This document shows positions 18,885 to 28,089 of a DNA stretch of 64,000 nucleotides, piece by piece. Location: assembly GCA_022710645.1 (NCBI GenBank), contig JAKLGL010000001.1, positions 274,712 through 338,711 on the forward strand. The letters run 5' to 3'. Under the pieces are notes generated by a model that was not told the origin of the DNA, searched no databases, and saw only the letters and a list, made by a program, of their open reading frames with translations. Numbering within the stretch: position 1 is the first letter of the stretch; each line of letters begins with the position of its first letter. The stretch is from Patescibacteria group bacterium. GTDB lineage: Bacteria > Patescibacteriota > Patescibacteriia > Magasanikbacterales > GWA2-37-8. A program made the position numbers and the translations under genes.

Positions 18885-18945
18885 AAATTTAACTTTACGG
18901 ACTTTAAAGACTTTACGGACTTTATAGACTCACACTAGACTTCTT
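18885..18945. repeat. Right inverted-repeat arm (family A)
   Basis: Sequence 'aactttacggactttaaagactttacggactttatagactc'. Confidence 0.6.
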
Positions 18946-20507
18946 CCATTCATCTCTTCGGGTTGGGGTAAGCCCAACAGTCTCAAAACAGTCGGCGCAA
19001 CGTCGGCCAACATCCCGACCGGAGAAAGTAAACTCAAATCTCCTTCAGGAGCATCTCCGCCGGGTCCAGCCTGTCCCATCAAATCTTTACTCACAATATA
19101 AATCGGAACCGGATTGGTGGAATGTTCTTTATCCATGCCGCCGGTTTGTAAATTGAAAATTTCTTCAGCATTTCCATGGTCGGAAGTTATAACCAAAGCG
19201 CCATTTTTCAATAAAACTTTATCAACTATTTCACCTAAACACTCGTCAATGTTTTCCGCTGATTTTACCGTGGCTTCTAAGTTTCCAGTGTGTCCAACCA
19301 TATCGCCGTTGGCAAAATTAACAGCGATGAAGCCATACTTTTCTTCCTCCACCGCTTCAAGAACTTTTTTGGTTATTTCTTTTGCCGCCATCTCCGGAAC
19401 TTCGTCAAAAGAAGAAACTTTGGGAGAAACAGCTATAAACCTATCTTCTCCGGGAAACGGTTCTTCAACAGTTCCGTTCAAAAAAAATGTTATATGCGCA
19501 TATTTTTGGGTTTCCGCGACATGCAATTGTTTTAACCCGGCTTTACTAACCACTTCAGCCAAAACATTTCGCAAAACCACGGGTTTATAAGCGACTTCAA
19601 CCGGCAATTCCTTTTCATATTCGGTCATGGTAACAAAAAATAAATTATTTATTTTTTTTCGCGGAAATTTTTCAAATGCCGGCAAAACAAAAGCCTTGGT
19701 CAATTGTCTGGCTCTGTCCGGACGAAAATTAAAAAATATAACAGCGTCATTTTCCTCTATCAAGCCGACAGGTTTATCTTTTTCTGTGATCAATGTCGGG
19801 AAAAACTCCTCATCATAATTTTTTTCCGCATACGAAGAATCAATAGCTTTGAGAGGGTCTTCGTTTTTTCTTTCAGATATCCCTTCGGTCAACATTTTAT
19901 AAGTTTTTTCCGTTCGATCCCATTGATTATCTCTGTCCATAGCCCAATAACGCCCGGTCAAACTGGCTATTTTTCCTATTTTTAATTCTTTGATCTGCGC
20001 TTGTAATTTTTCCGTAAAATATTTCCCGGAATTATAAATAGAATCTCTACCATCCAAAAAAGCATGGATAAACACATCGTTTTTTAACCCGTTTTGTTTA
20101 GCTATTTTTAACAAAGCAAACAGATGTTCTTCATTACTATGAACTTTTCCACCTATCAATCCCATGATATGTAATTTTGATTTATTTTTTTTCACATGTT
20201 CCATCGCTTGCAAAAAAACAGGGTTATTCAAAAATTTCCCCGTTTCTATTTCGTTATCTATGCGAGGTAGAGTTTGATAATATACCCGCCCGGCTCCGAT
20301 ATTCAAATGTCCAACTTCGCTATTCCCCATTTCTCCAAAACTCAAACCGACTTCCGTACCGGAAGCATGCAAAGTCGCAACAGGATAATTTTTACCCAAA
20401 CGATCCAGAACCGGAGTCTTTGCCAAAGTAATGGCGTTTCCCGGGCCTTTTGGCGCCACCCCCCAACCATCCAATATAATCAATACAACTGGTCTGTATT
20501 TATACAT
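18930..20507 (-). CDS. gpmI: 2,3-bisphosphoglycerate-independent phosphoglycerate mutase (iPGM)
   Basis: Motifs DGWG, GNSEVGH (catalytic Ser), TSDHGNAEE. Length is 525 aa. Confidence 0.85.
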   Translation of the reverse strand: MYKYRPVVLIILDGWGVAPKGPGNAITLAKTPVLDRLGKNYPVATLHASGTEVGLSFGEMGNSEVGHLNIGAGRVYYQTLPRIDNEIETGKFLNNPVFLQAMEHVKKNKSKLHIMGLIGGKVHSNEEHLFALLKIAKQNGLKNDVFIHAFLDGRDSIYNSGKYFTEKLQAQIKELKIGKIASLTGRYWAMDRDNQWDRTEKTYKMLTEGISERKNEDPLKAIDSSYAEKNYDEEFFPTLITEKDKPVGLIEENDAVIFFNFRPDRARQLTKAFVLPAFEKFPRKKINNLFFVTMTEYEKELPVEVAYKPVVLRNVLAEVVSKAGLKQLHVAETQKYAHITFFLNGTVEEPFPGEDRFIAVSPKVSSFDEVPEMAAKEITKKVLEAVEEEKYGFIAVNFANGDMVGHTGNLEATVKSAENIDECLGEIVDKVLLKNGALVITSDHGNAEEIFNLQTGGMDKEHSTNPVPIYIVSKDLMGQAGPGGDAPEGDLSLLSPVGMLADVAPTVLRLLGLPQPEEMNGRSLV

Positions 20508-20529
20508 AAAAAGTTAAAAATTAAAATTT

Positions 20530-22113
20530 TTAAATCAGGCTTTTCCCTGTCATTTCTTTGGGTTTTTTCAAATTAAATAATTTTAAAATTGTCGGCGCAA
20601 CATCGGCTAATCTTCCTTTTTTTAACTGTTTTTTCTTTTTATAAAAATCATTGTTCATCAATATCAGAGGTACTGGGTTGGTAGAATGTTCGGTATCGAC
20701 TTCACCTGTTTTGAGATTTATCATCGCTTCCACATTTCCATGGTCAGCTGTCACCAACACGGTACAATCTTTTTTCAAAGCCGTTTTTATCAATCTATCA
20801 ACTTCCGTATCCACGGTTTTGACGGCCATAACTCCGGCAATCAAATCTCCGGTATGACCTACCATGTCCGGGTTTGGATAATTGACGCAAATAAAATCAT
20901 ATTCTTTTTTTTCCAAATTTTTTATCAAAATATCAGTCATTTGTTTTGAACTCATTTGCGGACACGCGACATAACTGTCCACAACTTTTGATTCCACTTT
21001 TATCCAACGATCATCACAAAAATGTTTGGCGTAACCTCCGTTAAAAAAGTAAGTTACATGGGCGAATTTTTCGGTTTCGGATATATAAAGTTGTTTCATC
21101 GGACAAAGTACTTGGGTCAAACTATTAACAACATCGCGAGAAGGAAAAGCCGTCAATACACCGGGGAGATCGGGTCCAAAATCGGTCATGGCTACAAAAC
21201 GGGTGTTTTTGGGAACGCGAGAACGACGAAAAGAATCGGGATTAACTTTTTCAAAATCAGGTTGTACAAAAGCTTTGGTTAATTGCCTGGCTCTGTCAGA
21301 TCTTAAGTTAAAGAAAAAAATCGCATCATTATCGTTTATCTTGGCAATAGCTTTATTTTTTTCAACAATCACTGTCGGTACTATAAATTCATCTGTCTCT
21401 CCCGAATTGTAAGCCAGAGTCAAAGCATCTTCCGCCGATTCAGCGGTTCGGCAACTTTTACATTCAACCAAAGCATCGTAGGCCTTTTTTATCCTTTCCC
21501 AATTTTTACCCCTATCCATACCGTAAAACCTTCCCAAAACAGTAGCGATTTTTTCATTACCATGAAATTTTTCTTTTAATAATTTCAAATGTTTTGGAGC
21601 GTCATGTTGCCCGGAATCACGACCGTCGGTAAAAAGATGCAGATAAACTTTTTGAATTTTTTCTTGATAAAAGTAATCCAATAACGCGTATAAATGCTCC
21701 GGACAAGAATGGGCGCTGTTATGGTTTGATAATAATCCTATCAAATGAACGGCGGTATTATATTTTTTTATATGATGAACAGCTTGATCAAAAGCCGGAT
21801 TTTTGAAAAAAGTCCCATCTTTGATAGCATCGGAAATATATACCGCATCTTGTTTTACCACACGTCCCGCTCCCAAATTCATATGCCCGGCTTCACTATT
21901 ACCTTCTTCATCTTTAAAAAGACCTACTGCTTCTCCACTAGCTTCAAGTTTAGTATTGGGAAAATCTTTGAGCCAACGAAAATAATTCGGCGCATTCTCC
22001 GGAGTTATCGGATTGCCTTTATTTTTTGGACTAGCTATTCCCCAGCCATCCATAATGACGAGCATGACTGGGTTCTTTTTATTAGTCGGCATACAGAAAA
22101 AACAAATTTTCAA
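20530..22113 (-). CDS. gpmI: Second, divergent iPGM paralog arranged in tandem
   Basis: Motifs MDGWG, GNSEAGH, TADHGNVEA. Length is 527 aa. Only 22 nt separate it from the downstream paralog. The track start is a TTG; the probable ATG is at 22092 (MPTNKKNPVMLVIMDGWG). Confidence 0.8.
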   Translation of the reverse strand: MKICFFCMPTNKKNPVMLVIMDGWGIASPKNKGNPITPENAPNYFRWLKDFPNTKLEASGEAVGLFKDEEGNSEAGHMNLGAGRVVKQDAVYISDAIKDGTFFKNPAFDQAVHHIKKYNTAVHLIGLLSNHNSAHSCPEHLYALLDYFYQEKIQKVYLHLFTDGRDSGQHDAPKHLKLLKEKFHGNEKIATVLGRFYGMDRGKNWERIKKAYDALVECKSCRTAESAEDALTLAYNSGETDEFIVPTVIVEKNKAIAKINDNDAIFFFNLRSDRARQLTKAFVQPDFEKVNPDSFRRSRVPKNTRFVAMTDFGPDLPGVLTAFPSRDVVNSLTQVLCPMKQLYISETEKFAHVTYFFNGGYAKHFCDDRWIKVESKVVDSYVACPQMSSKQMTDILIKNLEKKEYDFICVNYPNPDMVGHTGDLIAGVMAVKTVDTEVDRLIKTALKKDCTVLVTADHGNVEAMINLKTGEVDTEHSTNPVPLILMNNDFYKKKKQLKKGRLADVAPTILKLFNLKKPKEMTGKSLI

Positions 22114-22200
22114 TTTACAATTTTCATTGAATTTTCAATGACGTAATTTACAAAATAGCCATTGATAATTGAAAATTGATAATTGATTGAAAATTAAAAA
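22095..22200. repeat. Gene-less copy of the family-B inverted-repeat element (MITE-like) between gpmI and eno
   Basis: 'attttcaatttacaattttcattgaattttcaatga' ... 'cattgataattgaaaattgataattgattgaaaatt'. The first part nearly matches the reverse complement of 9487-9520. Confidence 0.55.
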
Positions 22201-23448
22201 TTAAAAATTCTTTAGTTCACCCTCTATCTCCATCAATCTATTGTATTTTTCAACTCTCTCAGAACGAGATAATGAGCCGGTTTTTATCATGTCCGCATTT
22301 ACCGCCACCGCCAAATCGGCTATAAAAGTATCGGAAGTTTCTCCACTACGATGTGAAACATTAATTTTATAATTGGCTGCTTTAGCCATTTTAATAGTTT
22401 CTATCGTTTCACTCAAAGTGCCTATTTGATTAACCTTGATCAACACGGCATTACCTATTCCTTGTTTAATGCCTTCGGCAAAAATTTCAGGATTAGTTAC
22501 AAAAATATCGTCTCCGACTAAAATTAATTTTTCATCGGTTTTAGCAGTTAAAATCTTCCAACCCTGCCAGTCTTGTTCCGCCAAACCGTCTTCTACCAAA
22601 ATAAGAGGATATTTTTTTATCCATTCTTCATAGATTTTAATCATCGCATCAGCCGTAATATTCTTTCCTTTTTCAAATTGATATTTACCATTTTCAAAAA
22701 ATTCAGAAGCGGCCACATCTAAACCCAAAAACACATCTTTACCGGGTTTATATCCAGCGGAAATAATGGCTTTTACAATAGTTTTTAGCGCTTCTTCATT
22801 ATTTTTAAGATGCGGAGCAAAACCACCTTCATCCCCCACCGAAGTTGCCAATTTCTCCGTTTTCAAAATTTTCTTCAAACTATGGAATACTTCAGCTCCC
22901 ATTCTGACTCTTTCGCTCATTAATTTATGTTGCGGAATAATCATAAACTCCTGAATAGACAAACCACTGTCAGCATGAGCTCCACCATTGATAATATTCA
23001 TTGTCGGTACCGGTAAAAGAAATTTATTTTCTTTAATAGAAAAAACTTTACGTAAATATTTATAAAGAGGCATTTTTGCATTTTCCGCTCCGGCACGAGC
23101 AACCGCCATAGATACGGACAAAATAGCATTAGCTCCCAATTTCTCTTTATTTTTTGTTCCATCCATTTTTATCATTTTTGCATCTATTTCTTGGATTTTA
23201 TCCACGTCCATTCCGATGATAGTTTTAGCTATTTTTTCATTAACATTTTTTACCGCTTTAAGCACTCCTTTACCTCCGTATCTTTTTCCGCCATCGCGCA
23301 ATTCCAAAGCTTCTCGACTGCCTGTCGAAGCTCCGGATGGAACTTTGGCAACACCAATAACGCCGTTTTGCAAAACAACTTTGGTTTCAACCGTCGGATT
23401 ACCGCGAGAATCAAGAATTTCCCTGGCAATTATTTTTTTTATCTTCAT
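22201..23448 (-). CDS. eno: Enolase
   Basis: Canonical enolase sequence throughout (SGETED-like [27 protein letters not shown]). Confidence 0.95.
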   Translation of the reverse strand: MKIKKIIAREILDSRGNPTVETKVVLQNGVIGVAKVPSGASTGSREALELRDGGKRYGGKGVLKAVKNVNEKIAKTIIGMDVDKIQEIDAKMIKMDGTKNKEKLGANAILSVSMAVARAGAENAKMPLYKYLRKVFSIKENKFLLPVPTMNIINGGAHADSGLSIQEFMIIPQHKLMSERVRMGAEVFHSLKKILKTEKLATSVGDEGGFAPHLKNNEEALKTIVKAIISAGYKPGKDVFLGLDVAASEFFENGKYQFEKGKNITADAMIKIYEEWIKKYPLILVEDGLAEQDWQGWKILTAKTDEKLILVGDDIFVTNPEIFAEGIKQGIGNAVLIKVNQIGTLSETIETIKMAKAANYKINVSHRSGETSDTFIADLAVAVNADMIKTGSLSRSERVEKYNRLMEIEGELKNF

Positions 23449-23621
23449 AAATAAAAATTCTATTAAATTATTGTTTATTGTTTATTAATTATTTAAAATT
23501 AAACACAAAAATCATCAAAAATAATCAACAAACAATAACTAATAATCGCCGTTATCATAACATAAATTTTAATAAAACAAAAGACCCTTAGAATATTCTA
23601 AGGGTCTTTATTATTTTTCTT

Positions 23622-24473
23622 TTATCTCAGTATTTCGTAAGTAACACTGACATTCATAACCACATCTTTACTACCACCAGCTGTAGATTCCGGCGAATAA
23701 CCTCCGCCGATTCCACCACCTTCAGCTCCGGTAAAATATTTCGGAGCGTAATAGTCGTTACTGGCTTCGTATTCACTATAATACATGACGCCGCCCAATT
23801 TTACTCCAAGTTTATCGGCCAAAATTTGAGCTTTTTCTTTGGCATCAGCCAAAGCTTTTTCTCTGGCTTGTTTTTTCAAATTTTCCGGATCATCAATGGT
23901 AAAATTCAGTCCGCTTACTTCATTGGCTCCGTATTTTCCCGCTAAATTCAAGACATCGTTAACTTTACTCAAATCACGAACCTTGACGGTAATATTGTTA
24001 GTAACTTTATACCCTTTAAGTTCAGTACCTTTATTTTGAGTATAATTATACTCCGGATAAATCATATAATTACTTTGAAGATCTTTGTCTTCAATACCCA
24101 TTTTTTGTAAATCAACCATGACCTGATCCATAACTTTTTTATTGGCCAATTGAGCGGTTGAAACCTCTTTATCCGTATTACTAAAACCGATAGTGGTTAC
24201 GGCAATATCATTACGACCGGTAATTTTTCCATAACCGTTAATGGAAATACTGCGTTCATTTTGTGGCGCTTTCCCAATAAAATTATACCCTTTGATGGTA
24301 TTGCGGGAGATAGCTCCGATATAAAAAATACCATAAAGCAATAAAACCGCCAATATTACCATAATTATTTTTTTGCCGTAAGTATACCCGCAACGGCAGC
24401 AGACGCAACCTGTTCCGCAAGCTTTTTTATCAAGCTCGGAAGAAGGTGTCGCGATTTTTGGATTGATAGGCAT
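23622..24473 (-). CDS. SIMPL-domain (DUF541/BP26-like) membrane-anchored protein with an N-terminal Cys cluster
   Basis: N-terminal CGTGCVCCRCGYTYG segment, one TM helix, and a C-terminal SIMPL-like region. A strong palindromic hairpin lies at 23582-23607. Confidence 0.55.
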   Translation of the reverse strand: MPINPKIATPSSELDKKACGTGCVCCRCGYTYGKKIIMVILAVLLLYGIFYIGAISRNTIKGYNFIGKAPQNERSISINGYGKITGRNDIAVTTIGFSNTDKEVSTAQLANKKVMDQVMVDLQKMGIEDKDLQSNYMIYPEYNYTQNKGTELKGYKVTNNITVKVRDLSKVNDVLNLAGKYGANEVSGLNFTIDDPENLKKQAREKALADAKEKAQILADKLGVKLGGVMYYSEYEASNDYYAPKYFTGAEGGGIGGGYSPESTAGGSKDVVMNVSVTYEILR

Positions 24474-24558
24474 AAAACCCTCCGATTATCCTTACGTCGT
24501 CCGACGCAAAGAAAAATTAATAAATAAATTTTGTATTTTGAATTATATCACTTTTTCG

Positions 24559-25797
24559 TTATTTTGTCACAATTTTTACTCCGGGTAATTTTTTCCCGCT
24601 CAAAAATTCCAACATGGCTCCTCCGCCGGTACTGACCAAATCAATATCTTCCATTAAATCGAGTTTTTTCAAAACTTCCACTGTTTCTCCTCCGCCGCAA
24701 ACTCCGAAAGCTCTGCCTTTGGCTCGAGTGGCAAACAATCTGGCAACCGCATAAGTACCGTATTCATAAGGGTGTTGTTCAAAATATCCCAAAGCCCCGT
24801 TCCAAACCAAAGTCTTAGCATTTTTGATAATTTTGGCAAAATAAGTAATCGTCTTCGGCCCGATATCAAAAATAGCTTCATTATTTTTTAAATTTATTTT
24901 TTCATCAACATCAACTATATGACATTTTTGACCTTTTTCCGTACCAACAATAAAATCAAGCGGCATAATGACATTTTTCTTTTTACCGTAAAAAAGAGCT
25001 TCTTTTTTATGATCTTTATCTATCAACGATTTGCCAATTCGGGCGCCCTTGGCAAAGTAATACGTATTCGCTATTCCTCCCCCTACCAATATATAATGCG
25101 CTTTGGAGGCAAATTGTTTCAAAAGAGGTATTTTGGTTTCCATCTTTGAACCGCCAAGAACTACCACAAAAGGTTTTTTCGGTTTTTGCATTATTTTATT
25201 CAAACCGTTAATTTCTTCTTCCATCAACAAACCGGCTACCGTTGGTAAATGTTTGGCTATACCGGTAACGGTTACCGCATCACGATGAGCCACAGCAAAA
25301 CCGTCCAAAACAAAAATATCTCCCAGAGCGGCGAATTTTTTTGCCACAACTTTGTCATTTTTTTCTTCACCTTTGATAAAACGAACGTTTTCCAAAACAA
25401 CCACTTCTCCGTTTTTCATATTGTCTGTCAAATTTTTCGCTTCTACCCAATAACTTTCCGGATTTTTTTTGATTTTTTCAAAATTAATTATTTTTACTTC
25501 TTTTTCCAATTTATTTTCCAAAGCCGCGGCTACCGGTTTCAAACTTAATTCTTTTTCTATTTTTTCCGGACGACCCAAATGACTCAACAAAATAACTTTC
25601 GCTCCTTTTGCTAATAAAAATTTTATTGTCGGTAAACTTTTTTCAATTTTATACAATTCTTTGATTTCTCCTTTTTTCAAAGGCACGTTAAAATCGGCGC
25701 GAAGCAAAACATGCTTACCTTTCCAATTTTTGATTGATTTTAAAGTTTTGAGTTGCATAATAATTTTAATTTCAAATATATAGTCATTATACCACAC
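24559..25797 (-). CDS. pgk: Phosphoglycerate kinase
   Basis: N-terminal LRADFNVPL and C-terminal GGGA...STGGGA motifs. Confidence 0.9.
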   Translation of the reverse strand: MWYNDYIFEIKIIMQLKTLKSIKNWKGKHVLLRADFNVPLKKGEIKELYKIEKSLPTIKFLLAKGAKVILLSHLGRPEKIEKELSLKPVAAALENKLEKEVKIINFEKIKKNPESYWVEAKNLTDNMKNGEVVVLENVRFIKGEEKNDKVVAKKFAALGDIFVLDGFAVAHRDAVTVTGIAKHLPTVAGLLMEEEINGLNKIMQKPKKPFVVVLGGSKMETKIPLLKQFASKAHYILVGGGIANTYYFAKGARIGKSLIDKDHKKEALFYGKKKNVIMPLDFIVGTEKGQKCHIVDVDEKINLKNNEAIFDIGPKTITYFAKIIKNAKTLVWNGALGYFEQHPYEYGTYAVARLFATRAKGRAFGVCGGGETVEVLKKLDLMEDIDLVSTGGGAMLEFLSGKKLPGVKIVTK

Positions 25798-25818
25798 TAA
25801 AGACAGGCCTCCAAAAGA

Positions 25819-26847
25819 CTACTTATCAAGTTCGTTATAACCAATTTCGTCCGGCCAAACATATTGATGAAAAATCCAATTCCCCAAATCCCTTGCTTCC
25901 AAAAATCTAGCCTCATTGCTCGCCGCACCCAAAACTACCACTATGATTTGGTGTTTTTTTTCATCAGTCAAACGAACAACAAAATTATAACCGGAATCAT
26001 TGATAAAACCCGTTTTGCCGGCTATACAGTTGGCAGCATATTGATTTGGTATCCAATCAGTTAACAACCAGTTGGTGCTATAAATTTTTCGAGGCTTTTC
26101 ATTATTCAAAGGTTTGGTAAAATATTCCCCTATTTGTAAACTCTTCAATATCTTTTCCGATTTTAAAGATTCTTTCAATAAACCGGCGATATCTTTGGCG
26201 TTGCCTATATTTTTAGAACTCAAACCTGTCGGTTCGGAAAACGACAGTGAAGCTAATTTTAATTCTTTGGCTTTTTTATTCATTAAGGCCGCGAAGTTTT
26301 CCTCACTAAAACCACTATTACGAACCAACGTCTTTATAGCGCTATTGGAAGAACCGACCAAAGCAACATTCCAAAGATCGCTTAATTTCAGATTATCTCC
26401 GGCTTTCAATTGGTGCGAGGAAGAATCGCAATCTTCTTCTATGATTATGGTGGAGGTATTCCAATCGATAGGCAAATCCAACAATGTCATAGCGGTCATA
26501 AGTTTGGTAATACTGGCCAAAGGCCTTAATTCTTCGCTTTTTTTCTCAAAAAGAACTCTGTCGGTTTGAACATCGATTGCCAAAAGAGCCGCGGCAGTAC
26601 TGGTGCCGCTAAAATTATTTTCTTCTTTTTTCAAAGGCCAAACCGGTCGGCTGTCAGGAAACTTTTCAGATGTCGAAGCGGTAAGAAAATATTCTTTTCT
26701 TTCCGCCGCTTTCGGAAAAAAATTCTGTTCGGTTTTTTTGTTTTCAATCGTCACAGAAAAAATAAAAAGCAAAAATAACCCGATAAACATCAAGCCGAAA
26801 GAAAAGAAAAAATCTTGAAATTTTTGAGAAAATTTTAACACAAACAT
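25819..26847 (-). CDS. D-alanyl-D-alanine carboxypeptidase (S11 peptidase, PBP5/6-like)
   Basis: SxxK motif (SITK), SxN motif (SSNS), KTG motif (KTGF). N-terminal TM/signal anchor. Confidence 0.7.
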   Translation of the reverse strand: MFVLKFSQKFQDFFFSFGLMFIGLFLLFIFSVTIENKKTEQNFFPKAAERKEYFLTASTSEKFPDSRPVWPLKKEENNFSGTSTAAALLAIDVQTDRVLFEKKSEELRPLASITKLMTAMTLLDLPIDWNTSTIIIEEDCDSSSHQLKAGDNLKLSDLWNVALVGSSNSAIKTLVRNSGFSEENFAALMNKKAKELKLASLSFSEPTGLSSKNIGNAKDIAGLLKESLKSEKILKSLQIGEYFTKPLNNEKPRKIYSTNWLLTDWIPNQYAANCIAGKTGFINDSGYNFVVRLTDEKKHQIIVVVLGAASNEARFLEARDLGNWIFHQYVWPDEIGYNELDK

Positions 26848-26848
26848 T

Positions 26849-27394
26849 TTATTTTTCCGTCGTTTCTCCCAAAGCTTTCAGAATATATTCATGATTATGC
26901 AAGGATTCATAATCAGGAAGCTCCCTGATATCATTCAAGCCCAGATGACGCAAATATTCTATAGTAACTTCATATTTAGGCAATAACCCCGTAGGGTCTT
27001 CATGTTCTTTCACTAAACCGCGCATCAATAAATTTCGCAAAATCAAACTGCAGTTTACTCCGCGTATTTGTTCTATTTCCGGTTTGGTCAAAGGACCGCG
27101 ATAAGAAATAACCGTTAAAGTTTCCAATTGCGGTCGTGTTAATTCTCCACCTATTTCCGCTTTAACAAATTTTTCAGCAGCTTCCTTATTTTCACTGGAA
27201 CTTGCCATTTGATAATCTCCGTTATTGGAAATAATCACCACTCCCGATTCGGGAACATTATATTTATTAATCAAATTTTCCAAAGCGGTTTGTACTTCTT
27301 GTTCATCACAAGATAAAACTTTGGAAATTTTTTTCGTATTTAACGGCTTTCCAGCTACAAACAAAATAGATTCGATTTGAGAAATCAAGGACAT
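26849..27394 (-). CDS. scpB: Segregation and condensation protein B
   Basis: ScpB-like winged-helix repeats (IESILFVAGKPL). Adjacent to scpA. Confidence 0.75.
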   Translation of the reverse strand: MSLISQIESILFVAGKPLNTKKISKVLSCDEQEVQTALENLINKYNVPESGVVIISNNGDYQMASSSENKEAAEKFVKAEIGGELTRPQLETLTVISYRGPLTKPEIEQIRGVNCSLILRNLLMRGLVKEHEDPTGLLPKYEVTIEYLRHLGLNDIRELPDYESLHNHEYILKALGETTEK

Positions 27395-27398
27395 AAGA

Positions 27399-28088
27399 TT
27401 ATATTTTATTTATTTCAATATCTTCGAAGGAATTATTTTGAGTAATAAAAATTTTTTCCGCTTTTATTAATTCCAACAAAGCTAAAAAATTTACAATCAC
27501 TTCGGTACGCGAACCGGAACCTTTGATTATTTCCGAAAAACTGACTTTTTTGGTTGTCTTTAATAAATTATAGATACTCTCAATTTGTTTTTTTACAGAA
27601 ATTGATCTGTCTATTTTTACTTGAGGCAACGGATCCGCGGGTTTCAATCTTTTCAATAAATTCAGATAAAAAATTCTAAGATTTTCCAAATCAGCATTTT
27701 GAGGTAAAACAAATTCTAAGGGACGAATCGGCGGTTCAAAACGACCATAGGCCAATTTATCACCGTTCCACATTTCATCTATTTTAACACTGGCTTTTAC
27801 AAACATTTTATACAAACGAAGTTGGTCGGCCAAATCCGGACCCTCATCTTCTTCAGGCAAGAGATATGGCAATAAATTTTTGGATTTGAGATAAACCAAA
27901 CGCGTAGCCACCACCAAAAAATCCGATAATTCTTCGGGGCATTTTTCTTCCAAAGCATTGAGATAAACAAAAAACTGTTCCGTCACTTGAGAGATGGATA
28001 CTTCGGAGATTTCCATTTTCTCTTCTTCTATCAAACCCAAAAGCAAATCCAACGGACCGGTAAATTTTTCAAGTTTTACCTCTTTCAT
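27399..28088 (-). CDS. scpA: Segregation and condensation protein A
   Basis: ScpA-like N-terminal segment (FTGPLDLLLGLIEEEKMEISEVSISQV). Position is immediately upstream of scpB. Confidence 0.7.
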   Translation of the reverse strand: MKEVKLEKFTGPLDLLLGLIEEEKMEISEVSISQVTEQFFVYLNALEEKCPEELSDFLVVATRLVYLKSKNLLPYLLPEEDEGPDLADQLRLYKMFVKASVKIDEMWNGDKLAYGRFEPPIRPLEFVLPQNADLENLRIFYLNLLKRLKPADPLPQVKIDRSISVKKQIESIYNLLKTTKKVSFSEIIKGSGSRTEVIVNFLALLELIKAEKIFITQNNSFEDIEINKI

Positions 28089-28089
28089 T

